Assembly: GCA_015680685.1 (NCBI GenBank)
Contig: MNCI01002682.1
Coordinates: 654,355-718,354 of the forward strand
Origin: Gnetum montanum
Lineage: Eukaryota > Plantae > Gnetophyta
Reading direction: 5' to 3'
Length of the DNA: 64,000 bases
Part shown: in pieces, positions 40,401 to 52,400 of the stretch
How the letters are laid out: each line of letters opens with the position of its first letter
Position numbering within the stretch: position 1 is the stretch's first letter
Made by a program: the position numbers and the translations under genes
Notes under the pieces: model-generated
What the model was told of the DNA's origin: nothing
The model's database searches: none
What the model saw: only the letters and a program-made list of their open reading frames with translations

Positions 40401-43400
40401 GGAAACTGGTAAGGATTTGCACGAGGCTGAATGTGAGGTTTTAGCCCAAACTCTGGCAGTGGATAGGGAGGCAGAGGGGTAGGGCATGGTGGCTGAAAGA
40501 AGGGGATGGGAACACACATTTTTTCTTTGCAGCTGCCACGTCTGTGAAATTGTCCAAGAAGATTCAGTCTTTCCTTTCAGGGACAGGAAATTATTGGCGG
40601 TCAATGTGTTGCTCAGATTTTGATAGATTTCTGGTCTGACATTTGGAAGAGCAGGCCGGTGAGGCCTCTGTCTGTCCCTATCGATCCTGTCCTGCATGAG
40701 GAGGATAACTGTCATCTTCTGGCCCCTTTCTCCATGTGGGAGTTAGATGAGGCTCTATGGTCAATGAAACCGGGTAGGGTGCCAAGTCTGAATGGGTGGC
40801 TAATGGAATTTTTTAGAGCTTTCATTGATATCTTAGGGGAGAATATTCTAGATGTGTTCAATGCTATGTTGAGATGGCAACAGGTGCAAAGGGAAATCAA
40901 CTGCTCTCGTATCGTGCTTATACCAAAGTTAAATAACACCACGAAGCCATCACACTTCCAGCCAATTGGGGTTTGCAACACCCTGCTCTGTCTTTTCTTG
41001 AAGATGCTTGTGGCCAGGATGGGGCCTCTTATGCCACAACTAGTAGGACCAGGCGGGTTTTATTCAAGGTAGGCACATTTAGGACCAAATCCTGTTGGTG
41101 CAAGAGGTTATCCATTCTCTGAGACTGTCATGGTATCTAGTGCCTTAAATTAGATATTTCTAAAGCCTATGATATTGTGTCTTGGGAGGCTCTGCAGGAG
41201 ATCATGCTGAGAAAAGGTTTCCACCCAGATTTTGTAAAGCTCTATATATCTATTCAATCATTCGGGGCTTTTTCCTTAAATCTAGATGGGAAGTAGGGGA
41301 TTAAGACAAGGACAGTTGTTGTCCCCTTACCTTTTTATTCTAGTTATGGACACTTTGCAAGTATACTGTGAGGTGGAGCAAGTTAGGGGGTTGGAGATTG
41401 CAGGTGTTAGGCACCTAGTTGAACACTACACGGATGACACTATTCTCTTCTCTCAGGTGGCAATCCCCCAGGCTATGGAGATCAATCAAGCATTGAAGCA
41501 TTTGACTATGGAGATTGAGTTGGAAATCAATAGAGGCAAGTCTACTGTTCACTTGTTTAACACCTCAGCCAGAGAGAAGGGGTTGATCATGCAACATTTG
41601 GGGGCTTTACCTAGATCACATGACAACTTGTACTTAGGACTGCCAATGTACACTTGGCATAGGACACAGGCCTGGTGTGGGCTACTGCAACGGCTACAGA
41701 AGCATGTGGATCACTGGATGTGCCATTTTCTGACCTAGGCTAGGAGGGCTTTGCTGGCTACATATGTTTTATCTACCATGGCTAGGTATGCAGCTTCTGT
41801 TGCTAACCCTCCAAGTGGTATTGTTGAGAGGATTGACCAGATTGCACATAACTTCACCTAGTCGGGGGAAAAGGGGGGCATAGATTGCATTTGGTGAAGT
41901 GGGATGTTGTGGCCTACCCGAAGAATACTGGAGGCTTGGGAGTTCCCAAGGTTTAGGACATAATTGACATGGGGTTTCATACTTCGGTAAATAAGCTCAT
42001 TAGGCCGAGTCCTATTCAAGCTCAATGGATCAATGTGGTTGAGGGCAAGTACCAGTGTTTGGTGGATAGGCCACTGGATTCATATGTTTGGAAGGCAATA
42101 TGTAGACATGTTAGGATGGTTAAGCAAGGGGGGTTGTTGGGCACCTCCCTACAGCAGTTAATCAGGCACAAATATCCAGAGGTGTGCAATTGGCAAGGGT
42201 TGTGAAAAGGAAAACTTCCGGAAAAATTAAAAGTTTCATTTGGTTAATTCAGCATGCGGCACTACCAGTTAAAGCAATGCTTTTGCAGCAAGGGCTTAAT
42301 GTGGCGAGCACATGTCCCCTCTACATGGCCGCCATCAAATCAGTAACTCACTGTTTATTCAATTGTCAGTTTACAAGCCAGGTTATTTGGGTGGCAAATA
42401 TCCAGCAAGATTTGAAAATCACCAATGATTCGAAGGTAGCTACAATTCTATGGGTCCTATGGAAGGCACAGAATTGTCATGTTTTTCAGGGTAAGCTATT
42501 GCCGCCGCCAACACAAATTGCTGCTCAGGGCATTAGGCTGTGGGCAAAGGCACAGGTTGCAATGGGGGTGACTCCTACATTCGAGCCAAATTGCGAAGGG
42601 TACTGGGCCAACCCAATGCTCTGGGAAATGGTGAGCCATGTGGGGTGGGCAAACCTGCTTCCTTTGCTACATGGGGAGCCAAATTTGGCCAATGAGGCCT
42701 TCTTTGTAAATTGGATGGGGGATGTTACGTTGTTTCAGGGGTTGAGGACTACACTCACGGTGGAGTCCATTGCAGGCTTGTTGGGGTTGCCAATAGGGGG
42801 AGAGATGATTTCCTTCAACAGGTGTGGGTTGCAAGATGTAGCGGTCTTTTTTTCTAGGCCGGTTCCCAAAACTAGGAGTGGCTAGGTGTTGAAGACAATG
42901 CTTCTGATGCTCTGGCAAGATGCAGTAGAGTTAACGGAGCATTTTTTTATTTTTATTTTTTAGCAATCCAACAACGCTTCCAGGTTGCATGGACTGCATT
43001 TCACCTATATGCATTGTCTGTGGCTCAATTGCATGGTAAATATGATGCGCTACTTCTTGGATGCACTGCGGAGACAGCGAAGGGGCCAACACTCCAAATT
43101 AATATTGGCACTATGGCAAGCAACGAGGTCAGAGCTCCTCCTCTAGGTTCTAGAACCTTTGTCCAAGTGGTGCATGGACACCAACATTCATGCTGTGAGC
43201 TACAAGTTGTGGTTGACCTGTCCAATGATTGGGAGGGGGGTGAGATTGGGGCTGGTTCGAGGGGTGCTTTGGACTCGTCAGTGATAGAAGGGGGGTTGGG
43301 TCCAAGGTTATCCCCCATCCCGCCAAGGGAGTTTAGGAGGAACAGCAGGAGATTATGGGAGGTGGGCAAATGGAGGGGATGTCAAGGGATGATAAGAACC

Positions 43401-46400
43401 TAGTGCAGGCTAGCCTAGATGAAATCCTGGCTAAGGCAATGGAGGCGGCAATGCATCGCTCGCAAGAAGAGGAGCGGGTTGCTTGGCAAACACACTAGGT
43501 TGTGTGTGAGGAAGAATTCCAACACCAGCTGGAGGAGGCCAAGAGCCGATACCAAAAAGAAGCACAAGAAGAGTGGTGCCCAAGAGATCTAGCTAAGGCA
43601 ACAGCTAGGGAGGCCCTCGAGGTGGAGCTAAGGGAGGGCCTAAGGATGCAACTCCAATAGGAGGTGCGCCTCCAAGAGATGAGGGAGAAGGAAGACCAAG
43701 AGCGGAGGGCCAAGGAGGAGAAGGAGGCTGCCTTGATCCAACAACAGTTGGATTGTGCTCATGAGCAAAGTGCCAGATCTTGGCTGCAGCTGGGTGGCGC
43801 CTATATGTCATTATGGACATAGGGCAGAATACTTCTTGGCATGCACTTCCAAGGCACATCAGGCAGATACCAAGATTTGCACTCGAATGGAGAAGAAAGC
43901 ACGGAGGAGTGCGTGAGGAAGAAGCAAGCCTTCAACAGCTTTCAGAAGGCAGCGAATTTTGTGGATTCGAAAAGGCACAGGGTGGTCTCATATGCTGTCC
44001 ATGCTTAAGAGATGGCTTTTTGTGCTTGTACCCACCTCCCTACTCGCCTATAAGTTCGAAACTTTTGGATCTGATGTTGTGGAATCTTGTGGTTAGGATT
44101 TGGGGGGTTGCTGATCTATACAAGTGACCTGGTACACCATTTGGGGGGGGAGACACTCTCTCTGATTTTTGATGGAGGGGCCTCCTGTTCCATTGTTTTG
44201 TCTCTTTCAGTCATGTTCTTTGATGGCAGGGGATAATTCACCCCCAATTTGGGGCATTAGGAGGGGGTGGCCCTCAGCTGTTTGCGATTTGGGTCAAAAG
44301 GATGACATTTTATGTACTTTACTGTTTATATTTAATAGATAACCCGAACTTTCTCACCAAAAAAAATTGATATACAGGCTTTTTTTAATCATTGGATCTG
44401 AGTTTTTGATAAATTGATGTATGTGCTGATTGAAGGTATTAGGATGAGCTTTCAATTTAGAGAAACAGTTGTGTGCTCCTGGGTAAAGCTGAAAGAAGTC
44501 TTATATTTATTTTCTAATCTAATAGACAGCACTGCTTGCTCTTCTATACTATTTTCTAACATCAGTTAAAACCCCATCATGAGCAGATCCGATGGTAGCA
44601 TTCAATTCTCCGGGCACTCGTAGATCAACATGGTGTTTTATGTGTGACAATACCAGCAGCTCCTCTAACACAAATATTGTGGAATGGTTAAGCTTCCAGC
44701 AACTTTATAAAGCTGAAAGAGAAAGAAACTGATTCAAAGGAGCAAGATTAAGAACCAAAACGAAAAGAACAAAAAAACATAGAATTGGCTAGGGAGAATC
44801 CTCAATTTTTCATTCAATCATTAAAAACACAAGGATCACTAATTATACAAGCAATGGTGCTTTAGCTCAACACACACCCAATCTGTACTCTCACAATGAA
44901 TTCTGTCTTTAATCTCACAAACACAAAAATGACTCCTATGGATGACTCATAGATCTTTTGATATTTCTTATTAAAACCAAAAAAAAAAAAGTATTTTCTT
45001 CTTTTGGCTTCTGCATGCACCATCTGTTGCATCAAAGTCATCTTCGGTGCTGTTTCAATTGACCCCAATGTCATATTCTATATATACTTGCAGCCTTGTG
45101 TTCCTTGTTCTATATCCTATGTTAAATAATACATTTTTTTCAAAATAGCTCTACTTGCCCTTTATTCAACTTATTATGGTGCCATAATGCAATGCAGAAT
45201 ATTGCCCCATATAACAGCTTTTAACAGTACTCACAGATAATCACATATACACAGCAATATACGGTACCTTCAAAAGGATATCTCCCGAAATGGTTGGAAC
45301 CTTCACTTTTCCACCAAGAATTGCCTGCACAAATATTAAATATCAAATTATGATGTTTGCAATTCGCAAAAACATGCTTTTACAATGTGCTGCCAACATC
45401 TTGGTCATGTCAAACTCAAAGATCTTCAATATCAACTAAATAATCAAATGTAAGCATAAAATTTTTACAAAGTCCTTGAAATATTTGTTAACATGCATGA
45501 ACATGAAATAAAAAAAAAATAGGAATATCTTAGATTAAAAAAAATGCAATGAAAAGTATGTCAGGACCATTAACAATAATAAATTCTACAATTAAAAAAT
45601 ATATTAGCAACAATGGATTAGAACTAGCTTAGTTATATATTTAATATATATCTATACTTTGGCTGAGAGAATCTTGCAAAAACTACATTAACTTTTAGTT
45701 CATCTACAGTATTAGAAATTTTCCAGTGCATTCTATAACAATTTTGGTCAAATCACTGCGACTGCATGATGAGAAGGGTAACTAATTCCAAGTTTGGTAA
45801 TAAATCTTTCTGAATTGTCATGAATTGTTGTTTTCCATGCATGGTCCCCTTGCCTTTCAGAATTTTCTCCTCTGTGCATTCCAATACCAAGACACGAACA
45901 TAGTTACTTGGAGAAAATATGTTGGCATTATGGATGGAATATTATTTGGCATTCCTGATAAGCTCCCCCTTAGCATTATGGACATGATATTATTGATCAT
46001 TACTATTCTATTATTGGTACTTGGCCTCTGTGCCAGACAAAACTAACCACGCATCTTAAACTATTACAAAAAGACAAGAAGCTGAAGATGGGGGGACATG
46101 CACTCACCAAACCAATGTCAATGCTCAATCAATCAACTCCATTACCCTTCATCTCAACTTATACATATCGTTGCTTACAAGCTAACCTAAGGTTCATTAA
46201 ACAACGTACTCTCCAATTACCTACAAACTTTCAGAAAAGCCTAGTCGCTAATAAAGTTGGCGTTCATATCTACTACAAGGTATTTCTATAATAACTATAA
46301 AACTGTAACAAACCAATGTACATGGAATATTTCCTTTTTCTATTTTGCAAAGGGAAGAATAAAACATTAAACAGAGCATACCTAGATCACTATAGACAAG

Positions 46401-49400
46401 CACAACTGTAACAAACCAATGTACATGGAATATTTCCTTTTTCTATTTTGCAAAGGGAAGAATAAAACATTAAACAGAGCATACCTAGATCACTATAGAC
46501 AAGCACAAGAATACGACAATTTGTTCTAACATTTACATTTTGCTCAACCTAATTTTTTAACAGATCACAAACCACACTTTCAAAACAAAACAAAACAACC
46601 CCAAGTTCATATTAAAAGAAGCATCCATTAACCATTCTATCCATAAGAAGATTCTTTGGACCTATTCGATGGAAAGAAAAAACTTCACCACAAATAGACA
46701 GAACCCATGAAAAGGAGAAGACCAATGAAGGCTCTCCTACTGAGTAGAAGCAAAAGTTGATTGATTTGATCAACGTGTTAAATAAGGCATTTGCAAGAAA
46801 AGCACAAAAATTAAAACAGGTTGTCCATTGAAAACTACACGTTTTCTTAATCAAATTGCAAGGGTTATTTTAGCAGTTGTTCAATTGCAACAATTAAAAT
46901 ATGGGTTCATGTATGTAAAAATGTTTTCAATATTATATACAAATTAATAAGTAGCAAGGTTTCTTTTCCCAAATTCCATCATACTTCCATTTGGTTCCAA
47001 TCATTTTCACAGATGTTCCACTTGGTTCTAAACACTTCCACAAAGATAAAAGGTAAAAGGAATCAGTATAAAGTAAAATCAAATTAAAAGGGGAACCCAA
47101 AACTCATATTGTCAAATGGGAGGACGACTATAGGCCTCAATAGTGCAGGGGACTTGGGGTTCTCAAATTTGAGGATTGTATTCCGGGGGCAATTTGTATA
47201 CTTCAATACCTACAGCATCTTGACGTTACACTTTGGATTAAATTCATGTTACACAAGTATATCCCTTGGTTTGCTAGCCCACCAAATTCATGCCTCTAGA
47301 AATCAATTCATACACGTTAGGCAATGATCACAGATCTCTATAGTACTAAAGATTTGATTATTGCAAAATATGGTAAAGTCCAAACTTGGGATGTAATGTC
47401 ACATGGGCGGATCGCAAAAAATGTAAAGATGTTTGGATGGCTATTGAGAAATGATGCCATCCAACAAAGTCCTTTCTTGTTTGTAGAGGTCTTCCCATCA
47501 ATGATTGTTGTTACCAAGATGAACATCTCTCATACACGCTTGTTACTTAAGTTGTCTGATGTGGATGCACACAAGTATTCCTAATTTGCATCATATCATC
47601 AATGACAGCTGTCCAATTATACTAGCCTAGACAATCTAGAAAGCCAATAATCATGTGGTGTTTCAGTTGGCACTACTGCCATCACCACACATGCTAGTTT
47701 CTTCTACGGTTTACTTGTGGGGGAGGTCTTGACAACCACGGATCAAACTCTAACTTTTGAGATAGATTTCACACCATTTGCATAGAACCAACAGTAATGG
47801 AATCTTCAATTGCCAGCCGACTGGGGGTCCAAGCCGCCGGTGAGGTCATCCTACCGTCTACCCACGGTTTGCAGGACACAAAACTATTTTTCGAAGGGCC
47901 CGTGCCAAGTACAAGGAGCCGACAGGTGCCCTGATCTTCTCTGCCCCGTCTCTGGGCCCGAGCAGTAGATCTGGTGGACAGATTTTTTGTCCAGTCTGGC
48001 AACGGGTCCAAGCTCCAGGGCCTACATTTTGCATTTCTATGTTGCCTAAAGTTAGGCCGCCAGGTCAACCTCCCCCGCTTTTTCCTAGAGGCCCTCCTGC
48101 TCAAGCAACGTGGCCACCATTCAAGGTTAATTCTAGCCTTGTGGCAGGGGGCAACACCCATCGTCATCTGCACGCCCCCCCCNNNNNNNNNNNNNNNNNN
48201 NNNNNNNNNNNNNNNNNNNNNNNNNNNNNNNNNNNNNNNNNNNNNNNNNNNNNNNNNNNNNNNNNNNNNNNNNNNNNNNNNNNNNNNNNNNNNNNNNNNN
48301 NNNNNNNNNNNCCACCGGAAACCTCTGGCCACAAGAACTGGCACGAAGAGCTGCGGCAGGCCACACAGAGGGCCACAAACGAGGCATGTGAGGCTGAACG
48401 ACGGGAGTGGAAGGCCAAGTGGCATGAAGCCCTTGCACAAGCCTAGGCCGACCTGGAGGCCCAGTTTTCTGAGCAAGAGCAAGAGCGGGTGAGGCAACAG
48501 GACCTCATGGCCAAGACTGCCCAAGCCTAGTTAGTTGATGAAATCTGGGCCCAAGTGCGGGAAGAGCTGATTCAGGAGGACACTGCCCAAAGAGAATGCG
48601 AAGAGGCGGAGCGGGGGGAGCAGGAACGACTACAGGAGGAGGAGGAGCAATGGCAATGGTAGCTCAATCGAGCTCACAAGGATAGTGCCCGACAATGCTC
48701 AAAGGGGGGCGGTGCCCGTACCTCATCCTTGGCATCAGTTGCAAGAGCTCTTGGGGTGAGCTCAAGTGCCATATCCACCGAACCTCGGCATGATTTCACC
48801 CTGATGGGGGCACCTCGCCGACAGACCGGAACAAGCAGGAGTCAGCCATGCAACGTCTCCAGCAGGCAGCCAGTTTCATGGACACCGAAGACCATCGGAA
48901 CACCCTGGACCTTCTCCCATGAGCTGGAGCACCCACACTGCGCCTGCCGACGAACCCCTAAGGGGGGGGGGGGGGGGGGGGNNNNNNNNNNNNNNNNNNN
49001 NNNNNNNNNNNNNNNNNNNNNNNNNNNNNNNNNNNNNNNNNNNNNNNNNNNNNNNNNNNNNNNNNNNNNNNNNNNNNNNNNNNNNNNNNNNNNNNNNNNN
49101 NNNNNNNNNNNNNNNNNNNNNNNNNNNNNNNNNNNNNNNNNNNNNNNNNNNNNNNNNNNNNNNNNNNNNNNNNNNNNNNNNNNNNNNNNNNNNNNNNNNN
49201 NNNNNNNNNNNNTCTCAGTAATATAATCCTGAATATTTTCTCAAAAAAAAAAAAAACAGTTATGGAACCTCATGGTAACTATAAGGGACACCGAGGATCA
49301 CCGCAACACTTTGGATCTGCTCCATGAGCTGGAACGTCCGCACTGCGCCTGCTGTCGTTTGTTGACTCACCCCTAGGGGTCGGGGGTGGGGCCCGCCACC

Positions 49401-52400
49401 CCCCTTCCTCTTTCCCCCGCCGGCGATGCGGGTTCCTAGTGCTTTCTTTTGCCCGCCCCCGCCCCCCCCACGCTTTTGGTTTTGCCCCCCCCTCCTTTTT
49501 ATTCCGGGGCTTGTCGTTTGTGGTGCCGGATTTTTGCATGGGGGCCACCCCCTCCTCCGTGGGCCATTTCTGATGACCCTTGAATTGTATACTCTTGTAC
49601 TATAATTTTTCAGAAATTCACTTCCGAAAATTTTCTCAAAAAAAAAAAAAACAGTTATGGAACCTCATGGTAACTATAAGGAACACCGAGGATCACCGCA
49701 ACCCTTTGGATCTCCTCCATGAGCTGGACCGTCCGCACTGCGCCTGCCGTCGTTTGTCGACTCACCCCTAGGGCTCGGGGGCAGAACACCCACCCCCCCC
49801 TCCCTTTTGGTTTTGGTGGGGGTGGGCCCCCCCCCCTTTTTTTTTGCCCCCCCCCCCCCCTTCCTTTTTTTTTTTGGGGGGGGGGCGCTCCCCCCCTTTT
49901 TATTTGCCCCCCCCCCCCCCCTATTTCCTGTCCTATCATGGTGCCCCCCCCTGGGTTGGGGGAGCACCCCCCTTCCTTTTTTTTTTTGGGGGGGGGGCGC
50001 TCCCCCCCTTTTTATTTGCCCCCCCCCCCCTCTCTTGGGGGAGCACTTGTCATTTGTGGTGCCGAATTTCTGCATGGGGGCCACCCCCTCCTCCATGGGC
50101 CATTTCTGATAACCCTCAAATTGTATATTCTTTTACTATAATTTTTCAGAAATTCACTTCCGAACATTTTCTCAAAAAAAAAAAAAAAAAAAAAAACCTA
50201 TAAGGGGGGACACCTTGCTACGTCTATATGGAGAAAATGACTTTGATGCTTCACTATTCTTCCCCAAATGGCAAGGCAATTCTCCTAGATTCAAGAAGTT
50301 GATGTGCATATGTTGGAACAGGCAATTATGGTCGTGCTGGGAATTCTTGCAAAGGGGGAAATTATTATGCCAAATAGCAAAGGCCTTCAAGATGCTATTG
50401 ATTTTTCCCCATGGGGTTTCCACTTCTTATAGCAGGCAGGTCCTAAAGTCTTCCCTTCCGCTGCTATGACAACAGGCTTCAGAAGTGGTTGTACACTTCT
50501 CTGTTCAATAAGAGAATTCCTCCAAACATCACGGCTCACATTTCTCATTCCTAAAGTACCCTCTAGATGACAACATTTGAGGCTCATTATTGCCCTCTAG
50601 ATGACAACAAAGAATACTAACAATGGGAGAGGGGAGATGCCAGAGGGGCCACACCCTCAATCGATCACAGTTTTGGCTTGGCTCAAACACCTCCAAGCTT
50701 GCACAAGTGGGACCTCCTTGTTCTAAGGAGGACCAAGGATGGACTGCTATTTGAGATACACCAGAACAGGATGACATGCCTAGGGGTGTTCCACATGGAA
50801 TGGAGACGTCTGACATGACTAAGATGGTCAACGATTCCTATTGGAGATAACTTGAAGCCACCCTTATAGCATTCATCTAAGAGAAGCTCTGGAGTCAAAC
50901 TAAGAACCATTTGAGGAAGGTTGAAGCCAAGATCAAGTAAAAATTTCAAGCCATGGTAGATGAAAAGATTAAGGAAGTAGAGCTAATAGCTGAAGAGTGT
51001 GCAAGAGCAAATTTGGTTGCAAAGATTCAGGTAGCTGAACTAGCAATCGACAAGAGAGCCAAGGTGAAGATCAATAGGGCTACTAAGGATATTAAGCTTT
51101 AACTCAAGTATGAGGAAGAGAAAAAGAGGCAGATTGAACAAGAGATCATTCAGAGATGAATCAAAAAAGATATAAGGGAGGACGCCCATTGAAACAAAAG
51201 AAGACCAAAGACAGAGGAATGCTCTCTAGAAGGAGCTCGAGACATAGAGGTTGCAAAGGAGTGATGTCGCACTGAAGAGGAGGTCCTCAAATAGAATGAG
51301 AAAGAGGAGGATAGAAGAAAGATTAAAGAGCAAGAAGGAAGGGCCATGGAGAACAAGTATCACACTCCATTTAGAAATGGGGACGTGGCCGTAAGTTTGG
51401 CTATTGGTTTGATAGTTTGCAAAAGAGAAGGTGATAAAAACAGACATGATTCAGAGTAAAAGTTGAAGCGTCGCTTAAACATTAAACGTTGAAAGCTTCT
51501 ATTTTAGAATAAAACATAAAAACTAACAGACATTGAAAACCGTCACTTTTCTACAGAATCAACACTAATACAACGTTGAAAACCTTTAACTTATCCTGCA
51601 ATTATCTGAGAAAACATTCCAGGAAAATAAGTATAATAATATTGAACATATAGATTTAAAAAATATTTTATTTATAAATATTTATAAAATATATTTAAAC
51701 CATGTCCTTTATATATCTTATAAGACTTTATGTCCACATTCTACATGTGTTTGGCTTTGCTGCTAAAAAATAGCCCTGGTTTCCGAACTCGTTTTTGTAC
51801 TTGTTATAGCATTCCTACACTCCTACATTTCCAATCGATGTAAAATATGAAAATTTTTAACGGATAATTTGTTGAAGCTAGGACGGATGACAATTAATAA
51901 ATGCTTTTAAAAACACTTGTGAAGATGCTAATTGTATCTTTTTGCATGGCCTAACAATTTCGTGTATTTGGAACAGAATTTTACAATGCCAACATCTTCC
52001 AAGATTTAAAAACAGTTTTACAATGAGATGTTAGCTTAGTGGGAAGAGTCTTGGTTTAGTAACCCCAAGTCACACATTCAATTCTACTGTAGCAGCGAGT
52101 TATAGATTTAAAAAAAAAATCAACAAGCAAAGAAATGGAAGAACTTTTGAAAGAACAAAAATCAATCTACATAAGAGTAGGGTGGCTAGTAGTAAAAAAT
52201 TGTAAATAAAAAAAATATGATACATAAAATGAGACTTGACTACCCAAGTCTTTCAAACTTAAACCATTATAAGTGTTAGTTCTGAAGCTAAAAATGATTA
52301 TTGATAGCTTGAAATGATTATTTTATGTTTAGACTTTTCATTAAAAATTTAATCCTATCATCTTGATCATCAAGATTCCAATAATAATCCCATCATACTT

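Noticed and set aside
49655-50203. Pro/Gly/Phe-rich ORFs
   Set aside because: Homopolymer-rich low-quality sequence next to assembly gaps.
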